Source: Escherichia coli (GTDB lineage Bacteria > Pseudomonadota > Gammaproteobacteria > Enterobacterales > Enterobacteriaceae). Taken from it: DNA of 64,000 nt. Every line of letters begins with the position of its first letter. Within the stretch, counting starts at the first letter, position 1. The stretch lies in NCBI RefSeq assembly GCF_045037415.1, contig NZ_CP173438.1. One strand, given 5' to 3'. Both the position numbers and the translations under genes were made by a program. Below the pieces are notes generated by a model. That model was not told the origin of the DNA and searched no databases. It saw nothing but the letters and a program-made list of their open reading frames with translations. Shown piece after piece: positions 33,954-48,488 of this stretch.

Positions 33954-34500
33954 TATGTATTCCCTTGTGATTATAATCTTCATGAATATATCAATAAGTG
34001 CTGTTATCCAAAAAAAGCACATTTGGATACTATTCTATGAAGTTCATTTTATTTTAAAGATTACATGTAACAAATGTATTTAAAAGATTTCAAAATGTTT
34101 CTAATCTATTTAATATAATTCATAGTTATGAATTCTGAATATAAATATTCACGAATATTATGGATATATATCAATATGTTATGAGTTGATCGAAAAAATA
34201 GGGAGTATCAATGATTGTTGCGCTAAACGGCTGGTGTGATCTCGCGCACATTAATGAAGGCATAAAAAAAAGCCGGCATCATGCCGGCCCAAAAAATATA
34301 AACAAGACGATAAAAGGCTAATAACGGAGGCATGATGACACAGAAAAATAAAAAGGTATAATTGTAATCAGTACCAATATATTGATTGAATGAATTAATA
34401 AAGCCGAAATCAAAGATAAATAACATCGTTCAAATCGATTTTTCCTGTATTCACCGCCGTTGCGCAAAATTTATCTATTTGTTCAAAAAATGATTGAGTC

Positions 34501-34884
34501 TTGACTGGCTCATCCAATGTGGAAAAATGTGACTTTTATCACATAATAGTTCTAAGTCTGAATTTTCCGGGTTATCTCAAAATGGAATACGGTTCGACAA
34601 AGATGGAAGAGAGACTCTCTCGCAGCCCTGGCGGCAAATTGGCTTTGTGGGCTTTCTATACATGGTGTGGCTATTTCGTCTGGGCAATGGCGCGATACAT
34701 CTGGGTGATGAGCCGGATCCCCGATGCCCCCGTGTCGGGATTTGAAAGTGATTTAGGATCTACCGCGGGGAAGTGGTTAGGAGCATTGGTCGGATTTCTG
34801 TTTATGGCCCTGGTTGGTGCCTTGTTAGGCGGCATTGCATGGTACACCCGACCTCGTCCCGCACGTTGCAGACGCTATGAATAA
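34501..34884 (+). CDS. yedR: Inner-membrane protein YedR (start codon uncertain)
   Basis: 127-aa ORF with two hydrophobic segments; position between the porin and yedJ. Confidence 0.7.
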   Translation: MTGSSNVEKCDFYHIIVLSLNFPGYLKMEYGSTKMEERLSRSPGGKLALWAFYTWCGYFVWAMARYIWVMSRIPDAPVSGFESDLGSTAGKWLGALVGFLFMALVGALLGGIAWYTRPRPARCRRYE

Positions 34885-34923
34885 AAACTGCTAAGGTTGC
34901 GACTCTTTGGCAACGGAGCGCGT

Positions 34924-35619
34924 ATGGAGTTACAACACTGGCAGGCACAGTTCGATAACTGGTTGAAAAACCATCATCAACATCAGGACGCGGCGCATGA
35001 CTTGTGTCATTTTCGCCGTGTCTGGGCTACGGCACAGAAACTGGCGGCAGATGACGATGTCGATATGCTGGTGATTTTAACCGCCTGTTATTTTCACGAT
35101 ATCGTGACCCTGGCGAAAAATCATCCGCAACGGCAGCGTTCTTCAATCCTGGCGGCAGAAGAGACGCGTCGCCTGCTCCGTGAAGAGTTCGCGCAATTTC
35201 CGGCGGAGAAAATTGAGGCCGTTTGTCATGCCATTGCCGCTCACAGTTTCAGCGCGCAAATCGCCCCCTTAACAACGGAAGCTAAAATCGTCCAGGATGC
35301 GGATCGGCTGGAAGCCCTGGGGGCGATTGGCCTGGCGCGCGTATTTGCCGTTTCAGGGGCATTGGGCTTGGCGCTGTTTGATGGCGAAGATCCGTTCGCA
35401 CAGCATCGCCCGCTTGATGATAAACGCTACGCGCTGGATCATTTCCAGACAAAGTTACTGAAATTACCGCAAACCATGCAAACCGCAAGAGGCAAGCAGC
35501 TGGCACAGCACAACGCGCAATTTTTAGTCGAGTTTATGGCGAAGCTCGGTGCCGAACTGGCGGGGGAGAATGAAGGTATCGATCACAAGGTGATAGATGC
35601 GTTTTCACCCGCTGGCTGA
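34924..35619 (+). CDS. yedJ: HD-domain phosphohydrolase YedJ
   Basis: ATG at 34924 gives 231 aa starting MELQHWQ; HD motif (CYFHDI). Confidence 0.85.
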   Translation: MELQHWQAQFDNWLKNHHQHQDAAHDLCHFRRVWATAQKLAADDDVDMLVILTACYFHDIVTLAKNHPQRQRSSILAAEETRRLLREEFAQFPAEKIEAVCHAIAAHSFSAQIAPLTTEAKIVQDADRLEALGAIGLARVFAVSGALGLALFDGEDPFAQHRPLDDKRYALDHFQTKLLKLPQTMQTARGKQLAQHNAQFLVEFMAKLGAELAGENEGIDHKVIDAFSPAG

Positions 35620-35685
35620 GCGCGTGGCCCTAAACGGCAGTAATTATGTTAACCTGTCGGCCATCTCAGATGGCCGGTTAAATCT

Positions 35686-37104
35686 ATGCAGGAAAATATA
35701 TCAGTAACCGATTCATACAGCACCGGGAATGCCGCACAGGCAATGCTGGAGAAACTGCTGCAAATTTATGATGTTAAAACGCTGGTGGCGCAGCTTAATG
35801 GTGTGGGTGAGAATCACTGGAGCGCGGCAATTTTAAAACGTGCGCTGGCGAATGACTCGGCATGGCACCGTTTAAGTGAGAAAGAGTTTGCCCATCTGCA
35901 AACGTTGTTACCCAAACCACCGGAACATCATCCGCATTATGCGTTTCGCTTTATCGATCTATTTGCCGGAATTGGCGGCATCCGTCGCGGTTTTGAATCG
36001 ATTGGCGGACAGTGCGTGTTTACCAGCGAATGGAACAAACATGCTGTACGCACTTATAAAGCCAACCATTATTGCGACCCGGCGACGCATCATTTTAATG
36101 AAGATATCCGCGACATCACCCTCAGTCATCAAGAAGGCGTGAGTGATGAGGCGGCGGCGGAACATATTCGTCAACACATTCCTGAACACGATGTTTTACT
36201 GGCCGGTTTCCCTTGTCAGCCATTTTCGCTGGCTGGCGTATCGAAAAAGAACTCGCTCGGGCGGGCGCACGGTTTTGCCTGCGATACCCAGGGTACGCTG
36301 TTCTTTGATGTGGTGCGCATTATCGACGCGCGTCGTCCGGCGATGTTTGTGCTCGAAAATGTCAAAAACCTGAAGAGTCACGATAAGGGAAAAACGTTCC
36401 GCATCATCATGCAGACGCTGGACGAACTGGGCTATGACGTTGCCGACGCAGCAGATAACGGGCCGGACGATCCGAAAATCATCGACGGTAAACATTTCCT
36501 GCCGCAGCACCGTGAACGCATCGTGCTGGTGGGTTTTCGTCGCGATCTGAATCTGAAAGCCGATTTTACTCTGCGTGATATCAGCGAATGTTTCCCTGCA
36601 CAGCGAGTGACGCTGGCGCAGCTGCTGGACCCGATGGTTGAGGCGAAATATATCCTGACGCCGGTGCTGTGGAAGTACCTCTATCGATATGCGAAAAAAC
36701 ATCAGGCGCGCGGTAACGGCTTCGGTTATGGAATGGTTTATCCGAACAATCCGCAAAGCGTCACCCGTACGCTGTCTGCTCGTTATTACAAGGATGGCGC
36801 GGAAATTTTAATCGACCGCGGCTGGGATATGGCCACGGGTGAGAAAGACTTTGACGATCCGCTGAATCAGCAACATCGTCCACGTCGGTTAACACCTCGT
36901 GAATGCGCGCGCTTAATGGGTTTTGAAGCGCCGGGAGAAGCGAAATTCCGCATTCCGGTTTCGGACACTCAGGCCTATCGCCAGTTCGGTAACTCGGTGG
37001 TCGTGCCGGTCTTTGCCGCGGTGGCAAAACTGCTTGAGCCAAAAATCAAACAGGCGGTGGCGTTGCGTCAGCAAGAGGCACAACATGGTCGACGTTCACG
37101 ATAA
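35686..37104 (+). CDS. dcm: DNA-cytosine C5-methyltransferase Dcm
   Basis: 472 aa with FAGIGG and PCQ motifs. Confidence 0.95.
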   Translation: MQENISVTDSYSTGNAAQAMLEKLLQIYDVKTLVAQLNGVGENHWSAAILKRALANDSAWHRLSEKEFAHLQTLLPKPPEHHPHYAFRFIDLFAGIGGIRRGFESIGGQCVFTSEWNKHAVRTYKANHYCDPATHHFNEDIRDITLSHQEGVSDEAAAEHIRQHIPEHDVLLAGFPCQPFSLAGVSKKNSLGRAHGFACDTQGTLFFDVVRIIDARRPAMFVLENVKNLKSHDKGKTFRIIMQTLDELGYDVADAADNGPDDPKIIDGKHFLPQHRERIVLVGFRRDLNLKADFTLRDISECFPAQRVTLAQLLDPMVEAKYILTPVLWKYLYRYAKKHQARGNGFGYGMVYPNNPQSVTRTLSARYYKDGAEILIDRGWDMATGEKDFDDPLNQQHRPRRLTPRECARLMGFEAPGEAKFRIPVSDTQAYRQFGNSVVVPVFAAVAKLLEPKIKQAVALRQQEAQHGRRSR

Positions 37105-37555
37105 GGCCACCCGCAGCAAAAATATGCGCGCGATTGCCACGCGTGATACGGCGATTGAGAAGCGCCTCGCCAGTTTGTTAACCGGGCAGGGCCTTGCGTT
37201 TCGCGTTCAGGACGCCAGTCTGCCCGGACGCCCGGATTTTGTCGTTGATGAATATCGCTGCGTGATATTTACCCACGGCTGCTTCTGGCATCATCATCAC
37301 TGCTATCTGTTTAAAGTGCCTGCGACTCGAACCGAGTTCTGGCTGGAGAAGATAGGTAAAAATGTTGAACGCGATCGCCGCGATATCAGTCGCTTGCAGG
37401 AACTCGGCTGGCGCGTACTGATTGTCTGGGAGTGTGCGTTACGTGGGCGCGAGAAGCTTACGGATGCGGCGCTTACCGAGCGTCTGGAAGAGTGGATCTG
37501 CGGCGAAGGTGCCAGCGCGCAGATCGACACGCAGGGGATTCATTTACTCGCTTGA
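37085..37555 (+). CDS. vsr: Very-short-patch repair endonuclease Vsr
   Basis: ATG at 37085 gives 156 aa; overlaps the dcm 3' end, the known dcm-vsr arrangement. Confidence 0.9.
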   Translation: MVDVHDKATRSKNMRAIATRDTAIEKRLASLLTGQGLAFRVQDASLPGRPDFVVDEYRCVIFTHGCFWHHHHCYLFKVPATRTEFWLEKIGKNVERDRRDISRLQELGWRVLIVWECALRGREKLTDAALTERLEEWICGEGASAQIDTQGIHLLA

Positions 37556-38464
37556 TGCATCCTGAATAACTGGCGCGACAACGGGTTTGGCCGGGAAGAG
37601 ATATTTTCCCAACGTGACCAGTACCACCGCGAAGACAATTACGCCGAGCGCCAGCCATTCAATCTTCGACAGCGTTTCGCCACCCAGTCCCGTACCCAGC
37701 AAGACCGCGACCACCGGGTTAACGTAGGCGTAGCTGGTGGCGAGAGCCGGACTGACGTTGCGGATTAAATACATATAAGCGTTAATGGCGATAATCGAAC
37801 CAAACAGCGCCAGATAGCCGACCGCAAGGAAGCCTGAAAGGGAAGGGAGCGCCGTCAGTTTTTCACCCGCAATCATCGACGCAATCATTAACACCACGCC
37901 AGCCGCCAGCATCTCAATCGCACCCGCCATCATCCCTACAGGTAAGGTAATGCGCGAGCCATAAACCGAGCCAAACGCCCAGCTAATCGAGCCGATTAAA
38001 ATCAGAATCGCGCCCCATGGATTGCCGCTTAAGTTTCCACCGCTATTGAGCATGATGATTCCGGCAAGCCCAATGGCGATACCCACCCATTCCAGTTTGC
38101 GCGTTTTAATGCCAAACAGGCGGCTGAAGCACAGGGTAAAAAGGGGCACGGTTGCAACCACTACGGCGGCGATGCCGGAAGGAACATTTTGATGTTCGGC
38201 AACCGTCACCATGCCATTACCGACAGCCAGCAATAACAGGCCAATCAGCGCGGCATTGAGCAGCGGACGTAGCGGGGGAAGTTTGTGTCCGCGCAGTAGC
38301 AAAAATGCCAGCAATAAAATACCGGCTGCCAGGAATCGAACGCCCGCCATCATTAACGGAGGCCAGCTTTCCACGCCAATCCGAATGACAAAATAGGTTG
38401 AGCCCCAAATGATATACAACGCAAACAGCGCGCCAAAAAGCGGTAACAACTGGCGGAAACGCAT
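37544..38464 (-). CDS. yedA: EamA-family transporter YedA
   Basis: 306-aa polytopic membrane protein. Confidence 0.9.
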   Translation of the reverse strand: MRFRQLLPLFGALFALYIIWGSTYFVIRIGVESWPPLMMAGVRFLAAGILLLAFLLLRGHKLPPLRPLLNAALIGLLLLAVGNGMVTVAEHQNVPSGIAAVVVATVPLFTLCFSRLFGIKTRKLEWVGIAIGLAGIIMLNSGGNLSGNPWGAILILIGSISWAFGSVYGSRITLPVGMMAGAIEMLAAGVVLMIASMIAGEKLTALPSLSGFLAVGYLALFGSIIAINAYMYLIRNVSPALATSYAYVNPVVAVLLGTGLGGETLSKIEWLALGVIVFAVVLVTLGKYLFPAKPVVAPVIQDASSE

Positions 38465-38636
38465 AATCCCTCACGGCTGAAATAAAAAGGTGGTTCATAG
38501 TAAACGTGAAAATCATTCTGCTGGCGAGAGATATAATTGCACTTGATTGTTAAATAAATGTTGACCTGTGAAGCAAGTATCAGAGCTGCCGTTTTTGCTT
38601 CATACTTACACCCTTCAACAATAAAAATGAGAGGGA

Positions 38637-39554
38637 ATGCTTTTGGCCGGGAGTAGTTTACTGACGTTGCTCGATGATATCGCCACACTGCTGGACGATA
38701 TCTCCGTGATGGGCAAACTGGCGGCGAAGAAAACCGCCGGTGTATTAGGGGATGACTTATCGCTCAATGCGCAACAAGTTTCAGGCGTGCGGGCCAACCG
38801 GGAACTTCCCGTGGTCTGGGGCGTGGCGAAAGGTTCGCTGATCAATAAAGTGATTCTGGTGCCGCTGGCGCTGATCATCAGTGCGTTTATCCCGTGGGCG
38901 ATTACGCCACTGTTGATGATTGGCGGCGCGTTTCTCTGCTTTGAAGGGGTAGAGAAAGTGCTGCATATGCTGGAGGCGCGTAAACATAAAGAAGATCCGG
39001 CGCAGAGTCAGCAGCGTCTGGAGAAGCTGGCGGCGCAGGATCCGCTGAAGTTTGAAAAGGACAAAATAAAAGGGGCGATTCGTACCGATTTTATATTGTC
39101 TGCGGAAATCGTCGCCATCACGCTGGGGATTGTGGCAGAAGCGCCGTTGCTTAATCAGGTGCTGGTGCTTTCAGGCATCGCGCTGGTAGTGACCGTGGGC
39201 GTCTACGGTCTGGTAGGGGTTATCGTTAAGATTGATGACCTGGGGTATTGGCTGGCGGAAAAATCCAGCGCGCTGATGCAGGCATTAGGTAAAGGGTTAT
39301 TGATCATTGCGCCCTGGTTGATGAAAGCGTTATCGATTGTCGGCACGCTGGCGATGTTCCTCGTCGGCGGCGGGATTGTGGTACATGGTATTGCGCCGTT
39401 GCATCACGCCATTGAACATTTCGCCGGGCAGCAAAGTGCAGTGGTGGCGATGATATTACCGACTGTTTTAAATCTGATTCTTGGATTTATCATCGGCGGC
39501 ATCGTGGTGCTGGGAGTGAAAGCCGTAGCGAAAATGCGCGGTCAGGCACATTAA
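38637..39554 (+). CDS. yedI: DUF808 inner-membrane protein YedI
   Basis: 305 aa. Confidence 0.9.
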   Translation: MLLAGSSLLTLLDDIATLLDDISVMGKLAAKKTAGVLGDDLSLNAQQVSGVRANRELPVVWGVAKGSLINKVILVPLALIISAFIPWAITPLLMIGGAFLCFEGVEKVLHMLEARKHKEDPAQSQQRLEKLAAQDPLKFEKDKIKGAIRTDFILSAEIVAITLGIVAEAPLLNQVLVLSGIALVVTVGVYGLVGVIVKIDDLGYWLAEKSSALMQALGKGLLIIAPWLMKALSIVGTLAMFLVGGGIVVHGIAPLHHAIEHFAGQQSAVVAMILPTVLNLILGFIIGGIVVLGVKAVAKMRGQAH

Positions 39555-39632
39555 TACTCGCACAGGCTATTATGCAAAATTCGCCATCTTCAACTAAGGT
39601 GAACAAGTTTCACTCGAAAAAAGGAGGCGAGT

Positions 39633-39815
39633 ATGAGCTTTATGGTTAGTGAGGAAGTTACGGTTAAAGAGGGCGGCCCGCGGATGATTGTCACTGGATA
39701 CTCCAGCGGTATGGTTGAGTGTCGTTGGTATGACGGGTACGGGGTCAAGCGGGAAGCTTTTCATGAAACCGAGCTTGTTCCGGGGGAGGGGAGTCGTTCT
39801 GCGGAAGAAGTTTGA
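39633..39815 (+). CDS. yodC: Small protein YodC
   Basis: 60 aa MSFMVSEEVTVKEGGPRMIVTGY... Confidence 0.8.
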   Translation: MSFMVSEEVTVKEGGPRMIVTGYSSGMVECRWYDGYGVKREAFHETELVPGEGSRSAEEV

Positions 39816-39828
39816 AAGGGTATCATTA

Positions 39829-39859
39829 ACACCAGGCCGGATCACATCCGGCCTGGTGT
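39829..39859. terminator. Perfect 14-bp inverted repeat downstream of yodC (bidirectional hairpin; no U-tract)
   Basis: ACACCAGGCCGGAT-CAC-ATCCGGCCTGGTGT. Confidence 0.4.
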
Positions 39860-39985
39860 CCCAATGCCTGCAATGAATGATAGTCGCGTCTTATCATGCC
39901 ACCATTATAAAATTATCGCTGTTTTGCGGTACGCTATCGCCGGGTTATGCCAGAATCATAAAAAAGCAGGTTGGGAGTCGTCAGG

Positions 39986-42603
<2,618 letters not shown>

Positions 42604-42687
42604 TCACATTTCTATTCATAAGTAGCGTTAATCATTCATAGCGCGAATATTTTCTTGTCAGCGAAAAAAATTGCAGATAAGGTGATG

Positions 42688-42774
42688 AACACATCAGATT
42701 TCCTGGTGTAACGAATTTTTTAAGTGCTTCTTGCTTAAGCAAGTTTCATCCCGACCCCCTCAGGGTCGGGATTT
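42688..42774 (+). ncRNA. dsrA: Small regulatory RNA DsrA
   Basis: 87 nt AACACATCAGATTTCCTGGTGTAACGAATTTTTTAAGTGC...CCCGACCCCCTCAGGGTCGGGATTT match the remembered DsrA sequence, including its terminator hairpin. Confidence 0.9.
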
Positions 42775-42787
42775 TTTTATTGTGCAT

Positions 42788-43015
42788 TCAACGATTCACT
42801 TCAGAGACGCTGAAGTCATGAATATCCAGTTCGAAGGCATCCGCCAATTCACGCCATGTATGATATTCACGTCCATCGACGCTAACGTGTTCAGAATCGT
42901 TCTGGCTGCGATGAACTTCGCTTTCGCTAATTTCATTGATCGCCGCCAGCAGGGCATCGACATCGACGCTGACCTCACGTTTTGCGGTATCGCTGTACTC
43001 TTTTGCGGTTTTCAT
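42788..43015 (-). CDS. yodD: Small protein YodD
   Basis: 75 aa MKTAKEYSDTAKREVSVDVDALLAAINE... Confidence 0.8.
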   Translation of the reverse strand: MKTAKEYSDTAKREVSVDVDALLAAINEISESEVHRSQNDSEHVSVDGREYHTWRELADAFELDIHDFSVSEVNR

Positions 43016-43087
43016 CATCTTTCCTCGCAACCGTTACTCTGTTGTTGCCGCCAGTCGTTAAGTCCGCCTGGCATCTCTTAAGTATAG

Positions 43088-43366
<279 letters not shown>

Positions 43367-43409
43367 TCTTATTCAGCCTGACTGGTGGGAAACCACCAGT
43401 CAGAATGTG

Positions 43410-44033
43410 TTAGCGCATGTTGACAAAAATACCATTAGTCACATTATCCGTCAGTCGGACGACATGGTAGATAACCTGTTTATTATGCGTTTTGATCTTA
43501 CGTTTAATATTACCTTTATGCGATGAAACGGTCTTGGCTTTGATATTCATTTGGTCGGAGATTTGAATGGTTCCCTGACCTGCCATCCACATTCGCAACA
43601 TACTCGATTCGGTTCGGCTCAATGATAAAGTCGGCATATTTAAAAACGAGGTTATCGTTGTATCTTTTTTCAGAATATCGCCAAGGATATCGTCGAGAGA
43701 TTCCGGTTTAATCGATTTAGAGCTGATCAATAAATTTTTTCTGACCAATAGATATTCATCAAAATGAACATTGGCAATTGCCATAAAAACGATAAATAAC
43801 GTATTGGGATGTTGATTAATGATGTGCTTGATGCGCTGACTGTTAGAAGCATCGTGGATGAAACAGTCCTCATTAATAAACACCACTGAAGGGCGCTGTG
43901 AATCACAAGCTATGGCAAGGTCATCAACGGTTTCAATGTCGTTGATTTCTCTTTTTTTAACCCCTCTACTCAACAGATACCCGGTTAAACCTAGTCGGGT
44001 GTAACTACATAAATCCATAATAATCGTTGACAT
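43410..44033 (-). CDS. rcsA: Capsule synthesis co-regulator RcsA (LuxR family)
   Basis: 207 aa [25 protein letters not shown]... with C-terminal helix-turn-helix. Confidence 0.95.
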   Translation of the reverse strand: MSTIIMDLCSYTRLGLTGYLLSRGVKKREINDIETVDDLAIACDSQRPSVVFINEDCFIHDASNSQRIKHIINQHPNTLFIVFMAIANVHFDEYLLVRKNLLISSKSIKPESLDDILGDILKKDTTITSFLNMPTLSLSRTESSMLRMWMAGQGTIQISDQMNIKAKTVSSHKGNIKRKIKTHNKQVIYHVVRLTDNVTNGIFVNMR

Positions 44034-44283
44034 GGCATACCCTCACTCAATGCGTAACGATAATTCCCCTTACCTGAATATTTCATCATGACTAAACGGA
44101 ACAACATGGGTCACCTAATGCGCCACTCTCGCAATTTTTCAGGCGGACTTACTATCCCGTAAAGTGTTGTATAATTTGCCTGGAATTGTCTTAAAGTAAA
44201 GTAAATGTTGCGATATGTGAGTGAGCTTAAAACAAATATTTCGCTACAGGAGTATCCTGGAAGATGTTCGCAGATATTATTTT

Positions 44284-44297
44284 TCGGATAATCCTTA
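44284..44297 (-). promoter_or_regulatory. RcsAB-box-like site upstream of rcsA
   Basis: Minus strand reads TAAGGATTATCCGA, resembling the remembered RcsAB box consensus TaAGaatatTCctA. Confidence 0.45.
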
Positions 44298-44322
44298 GGG
44301 TAGCATGATAAACGTTACGGAA

Positions 44323-45108
44323 TTATATTAATGGTAATTCACTAATAATATCAGCCAGCAAATTAAAAATTTCACTGAATAAATGTTCGCAAAAAGGCGC
44401 AATTAACGGCATTAATGCCGCCATTAAAGAGATGCCGACAGTCAGAGTTAATGGAAATCCAATAACAAAAATGGATAATTGCGGGGCCATACGATTCAGT
44501 AAACCTAATGCCAGATTCAGGGTCAGCAACAGAGTAATGAGCGGTAACGCCAGCATCAGCCCGTTAAGGAAAATCAAACTCCCTGCTTTGGTGAGTGCCA
44601 GAAACGCATTGCTGTTCAACGGTTCGCTACCAATCGGCAGGGTGTGAAAGGTATCGACCAGCAGTGAAATCAACCATAAATGACCGTTAAATGTCAGGAA
44701 CAGCAGTAATGCCAGCATATCCATGATGCGCGCTAAAACGGGCATATTGAGATGGCTGCCAGGATCGACAAATGTCGCAAATGACAGCCCCATTTGCAGA
44801 CCGATAATTTCGCCAGCGGTTCGCACAGCGGCAAAGGCAAATTGCATGGTAAAACCAAGCGCAATGCCGATCAGGATCTGCTGCACGGCCAGCCACAGAG
44901 CAAAGAACGAAAAAACAGGAACATCGTTGGCAGGTAATGATGGGGCAATGGCGAACGTGATCATCATTGCCAGACCCAGTTTTACCCGTTTCGGCACGCT
45001 GCGTTCGCTCAGAATTGGCGCGGTAGAAATGAGCGCCAGCACGCGCAGTAACGGCCAGAAGTACAGGCTTAACCAGGAAAGCCATTGATCGCTTGTTACC
45101 TGCATCAT
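44323..45108 (-). CDS. fliR: Flagellar export apparatus protein FliR
   Basis: 261-aa membrane protein; last gene of the fliL operon. Confidence 0.95.
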   Translation of the reverse strand: MMQVTSDQWLSWLSLYFWPLLRVLALISTAPILSERSVPKRVKLGLAMMITFAIAPSLPANDVPVFSFFALWLAVQQILIGIALGFTMQFAFAAVRTAGEIIGLQMGLSFATFVDPGSHLNMPVLARIMDMLALLLFLTFNGHLWLISLLVDTFHTLPIGSEPLNSNAFLALTKAGSLIFLNGLMLALPLITLLLTLNLALGLLNRMAPQLSIFVIGFPLTLTVGISLMAALMPLIAPFCEHLFSEIFNLLADIISELPLI

Positions 45109-45116
45109 TGTACGGC

Positions 45117-45386
45117 CTACCCGATGATATACGGCAGGTTAGTGAACAAGGTGCGGACGTAATCCAGCAACAGATTGAGCATCCACGGTCCGGCAATAAT
45201 AATGGCGATAAATACGGCGATGATTTTTGGAATAAACGACAGCGTCATTTCGTTGATCTGCGTGGCGGCCTGCAAAATACTGATGATAAGACCCGTGACC
45301 AGCGCCACCAGCAACAGTGGGGCAGCCAGTGCCAGCGCGACTTTCATCGCTTCAGTCCCCATCATCATGACCGATTCAGGTGTCAT
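45117..45386 (-). CDS. fliQ: Flagellar export apparatus protein FliQ
   Basis: 89 aa. Confidence 0.95.
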   Translation of the reverse strand: MTPESVMMMGTEAMKVALALAAPLLLVALVTGLIISILQAATQINEMTLSFIPKIIAVFIAIIIAGPWMLNLLLDYVRTLFTNLPYIIG

Positions 45387-45395
45387 TTTGCCTCT

Positions 45396-46133
45396 CTAGC
45401 TGTAAAAGCTCTGCGCCAGCGAACCGACCAGCAATTGCCAGCCATCCACCAGTACAAACAGCATCAGTTTAAAGGGCAGAGCAATGGTGGCTGGGGGAAC
45501 CATCATCATCCCCAATGCCATCAACACGCTGGCAATCACCAGGTCGATAATCAAAAAAGGGATGAAAATCGTGAAGCCTATCTGAAATGCGGTTTTCAAC
45601 TCGCTGGTCACGTAGGCCGGGAGCAAAATGCGCATCGGCACAGCTTCAGGCCCCTGCAACGGGCCGGTATTCGCCAGTCTGGCAAACAACCCTAAATCCG
45701 CCTCGCGGGTCTGACGCAGCATAAACTCACGCAGCGGCTGCGCCCCTTTTTCCAGCGCCTCCTGCATTGAGATTTTCTCTTCGCTGAATGGCTGGTACGC
45801 ATCGACATAAATTTTGTCGATCACTGGCGACATAATAAAAAAGGTCAAAAACAGTGCCAGTCCCAGCAATACCTGGTTAGGTGGCGCGGAGGGCGTTCCC
45901 AGCGCGTTACGCAATAAACCAAAAACAATAATGATGCGGGTGAAACTGGTCATCATCAGTAAAATCGCTGGAATGAACGTCAACGAGGTGATGAACACCA
46001 GCGTCTGCACCGGGAGCGACCAGCTTTGTCCACCGCCAGGTAGCGGCTGGCTGGTGATACCCGGCAGTTGCGCGAAGGCGAGGGGCGTAATCAGCCAGAG
46101 AAGGACCGGTGCGACAGAAAACAAACGACGCAT
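45396..46133 (-). CDS. fliP: Flagellar export apparatus protein FliP
   Basis: 245 aa with signal peptide. Confidence 0.95.
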   Translation of the reverse strand: MRRLFSVAPVLLWLITPLAFAQLPGITSQPLPGGGQSWSLPVQTLVFITSLTFIPAILLMMTSFTRIIIVFGLLRNALGTPSAPPNQVLLGLALFLTFFIMSPVIDKIYVDAYQPFSEEKISMQEALEKGAQPLREFMLRQTREADLGLFARLANTGPLQGPEAVPMRILLPAYVTSELKTAFQIGFTIFIPFLIIDLVIASVLMALGMMMVPPATIALPFKLMLFVLVDGWQLLVGSLAQSFYS

Positions 46134-46501
46134 CAGGATCTCCCGCCACGCTTAAGCAAATTTTTCATGACCGACTGAAAATCGGTCTGCGGTATCTCCT
46201 CCGTTGGTGCTGAAGGGGGAAGTTTATGTAGCAGATTGATTTGCCCTGCGGTAACGCCGAGCACCAGCCGTGCATCTTCCACATCGACCACCACGACCCG
46301 TTCACGCGCGCCCAGCGAAGCACTGGCGCTAATTTTCAGACCGTTAACGCCAGTGCGTTTAGGGGCAAATCCCAGCCGTTTTACCAGCCAGGCGGCAGCG
46401 AGGATCAGGGCAATAATGGCGATGAGTGCGCCGCTCACCTGCAGCAGTGGCGCAGCAGAAACCGGCGCGGAAGATTGCACAGTAGCATGGTTATTCATCA
46501 C
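46133..46501 (-). CDS. fliO: Flagellar protein FliO
   Basis: 122 aa with a single transmembrane segment. Confidence 0.9.
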   Translation of the reverse strand: MMNNHATVQSSAPVSAAPLLQVSGALIAIIALILAAAWLVKRLGFAPKRTGVNGLKISASASLGARERVVVVDVEDARLVLGVTAGQINLLHKLPPSAPTEEIPQTDFQSVMKNLLKRGGRS

Positions 46502-46914
46502 TAACGGCTCAGGCGGCGCATCCGCTCGGACGGGGTAATGATATCGGTGATCCGCACGCCATATTTATCGGCAACAACCACCACTTCGCCCTGGGCGATT
46601 AAATAACCGTTGATCAGAATATCCAGCGGTTCGCCCGCCAGACCGTCCAGCGCCACGACTGATCCTTGCGTCAGACGCAACAGCTCTTTGATGGTCATCC
46701 GCGTACGGCCCAGCTCGACGGTCAGCTTGACCGGAATATCCATAATCAGGTCGATATCCTGCAACGTTCCGCTGACATCTCCGCCGCCAAATTGCTGGAA
46801 CATTGCGTCGGCAGCGCTTTTTCCGCTGGTTGATTTTTGCTCGCTCAACGCTTCAGCCCACATATCGTCCATTGCGCCGTTGTTGTCATCGGCCGGATTA
46901 TTCATGTCACTCAT
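46501..46914 (-). CDS. fliN: Flagellar motor switch protein FliN
   Basis: 137 aa. Confidence 0.95.
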   Translation of the reverse strand: MSDMNNPADDNNGAMDDMWAEALSEQKSTSGKSAADAMFQQFGGGDVSGTLQDIDLIMDIPVKLTVELGRTRMTIKELLRLTQGSVVALDGLAGEPLDILINGYLIAQGEVVVVADKYGVRITDIITPSERMRRLSR

Positions 46915-47915
46915 TTGGGCTGTTCCTCGTTCAGAGAATTTAAAATCGGGTTAATCAAATGTTCTATCCGTAACGCATACTGACCGTTGAGAGTGCCGTA
47001 CTGACTGGTCAGAACCGGGACGCCGTCAACATGGGCGATGATGCGATCGGGTTTTTCTATCGGCAGGACGTCGCCGGGTTTCAGTTTTAAAATCTGCGAC
47101 AGGCGTAGCGAGATATCGGCAAAGTTGGCCACCAGTTCCAGCTGTGAATGCTGCACCTGGCGCACCAGGTTATCGCGCCAGTTCTGATCTTCATTACGCG
47201 AGTTTTCCAGCGGCGGGTTAACCAACAATTCCCGTAGCGGCTCGATCATGCTGAATGGCAGGCAGATATTAAATTCGCCGGTCAGGTTGCCAATCTCCAC
47301 ATGGAACGGCGTGTTAACCACAATGTCGTTCGGCGAGGTGGTGATATTGGTAAATTTCACCTGCATTTCCGAACGCACGTACTCAACTTCCAGCGGATTA
47401 ATCGCTTTCCAGGCGTCGCTATAGCCTTCAAGCGCCAGCTTTAACATGCGGTTGATGACGCGCTGTTCGGTATGAGTAAACTCGCGACCTTCCACTTTGG
47501 TCGGGAAGCGTCCATCGCCGCCAAACAGGTTATCCACGGCGATAAACACCAGGCTCGGCGAGAACACCACCAGCCCTGTGCCGCGCAGCGGTTTAAGGTG
47601 GATAAGGTTCAGGTTGGTCGGCACCGGCAAGTTGCGGGCAAATTCATGGTACGGCTGAATGCGGATGGCCCCGACGGTAATGTCCGGGCTACGGCGCAGC
47701 AGGTTGAACAGCCCCATACGAAAATGGCGGGCAAAGCGCTCATTAATGATTTCCAGCGCCTGCAAACGTTCGCGCACAACCCGTCGTTGGGTATTCGGAT
47801 CGTACGGACGAATGTCACTTTCGCCGCTAACACTGGCTGTCGGTTCGTCTTTGACTTCGCTGTCACCATTCAACAGCGCATCAATTTCAGCTTGAGAAAG
47901 AATACTATCGCCCAT
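46911..47915 (-). CDS. fliM: Flagellar motor switch protein FliM
   Basis: Start at the internal Met (MGDSILSQAEIDALL) gives 334 aa; the ORF-track start is an upstream extension. Confidence 0.95.
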   Translation of the reverse strand: MGDSILSQAEIDALLNGDSEVKDEPTASVSGESDIRPYDPNTQRRVVRERLQALEIINERFARHFRMGLFNLLRRSPDITVGAIRIQPYHEFARNLPVPTNLNLIHLKPLRGTGLVVFSPSLVFIAVDNLFGGDGRFPTKVEGREFTHTEQRVINRMLKLALEGYSDAWKAINPLEVEYVRSEMQVKFTNITTSPNDIVVNTPFHVEIGNLTGEFNICLPFSMIEPLRELLVNPPLENSRNEDQNWRDNLVRQVQHSQLELVANFADISLRLSQILKLKPGDVLPIEKPDRIIAHVDGVPVLTSQYGTLNGQYALRIEHLINPILNSLNEEQPK

Positions 47916-47919
47916 GTCG

Positions 47920-48384
47920 TTATCGCAGAATAAAAGCGGTATACAGCACGTCGGTGACATCCTGTTTCGGTTGCCCGGCAACAAGCGGGGTGGAAAGTGT
48001 GGTTTTAATCTCGGCAATCAGGTTTTTCTTGCCTTCTTCTGTCGCCAGTACGGCAGCATCCTGACGTGAAAACAGTAACAGCAAGCGACTACGGACTTCC
48101 GGCAAATACTCACTCAGCCGCGAGCGGGTTGCTTCATCTTTCAGTCGCAGGGTTATGCCGATATAAAGCACGCGATCCGCATCGCCCAAATTGACCGTAA
48201 AGGTATCCAGCGCATAGAAGACCGGGGAGGGCACGACGCGTTGCTGCGCTTTGTCGTCAGCGGCAACCTGATGCGAATGCCAGTAGCTGTAACCTGCGCT
48301 GGCACAGGCCGCGAGGGTAATGAATACCAGAATCGGGATCCAAAGCGATCGCTTGCTTTTCTTGCTTATCGCGTAATCAGTCAT
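47920..48384 (-). CDS. fliL: Flagellar basal-body-associated protein FliL
   Basis: 154 aa. Confidence 0.95.
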   Translation of the reverse strand: MTDYAISKKSKRSLWIPILVFITLAACASAGYSYWHSHQVAADDKAQQRVVPSPVFYALDTFTVNLGDADRVLYIGITLRLKDEATRSRLSEYLPEVRSRLLLLFSRQDAAVLATEEGKKNLIAEIKTTLSTPLVAGQPKQDVTDVLYTAFILR

Positions 48385-48488
48385 GTGTTGCGGTCTTCCT
48401 GTGTCGCTACTGCTTATCGGCTAATTATCCTGCGTCTTGAGCGCAACAAAGCGGGGAAAAGACGCGGATTACGGTGCTACCTCTGACG
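48385..48488 (-). promoter_or_regulatory. fliL-operon upstream region (expected FlhDC-dependent class 2 promoter; motif not resolved)
   Basis: Intergenic gap between fliK and fliL; assignment is by position only. Confidence 0.35.
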
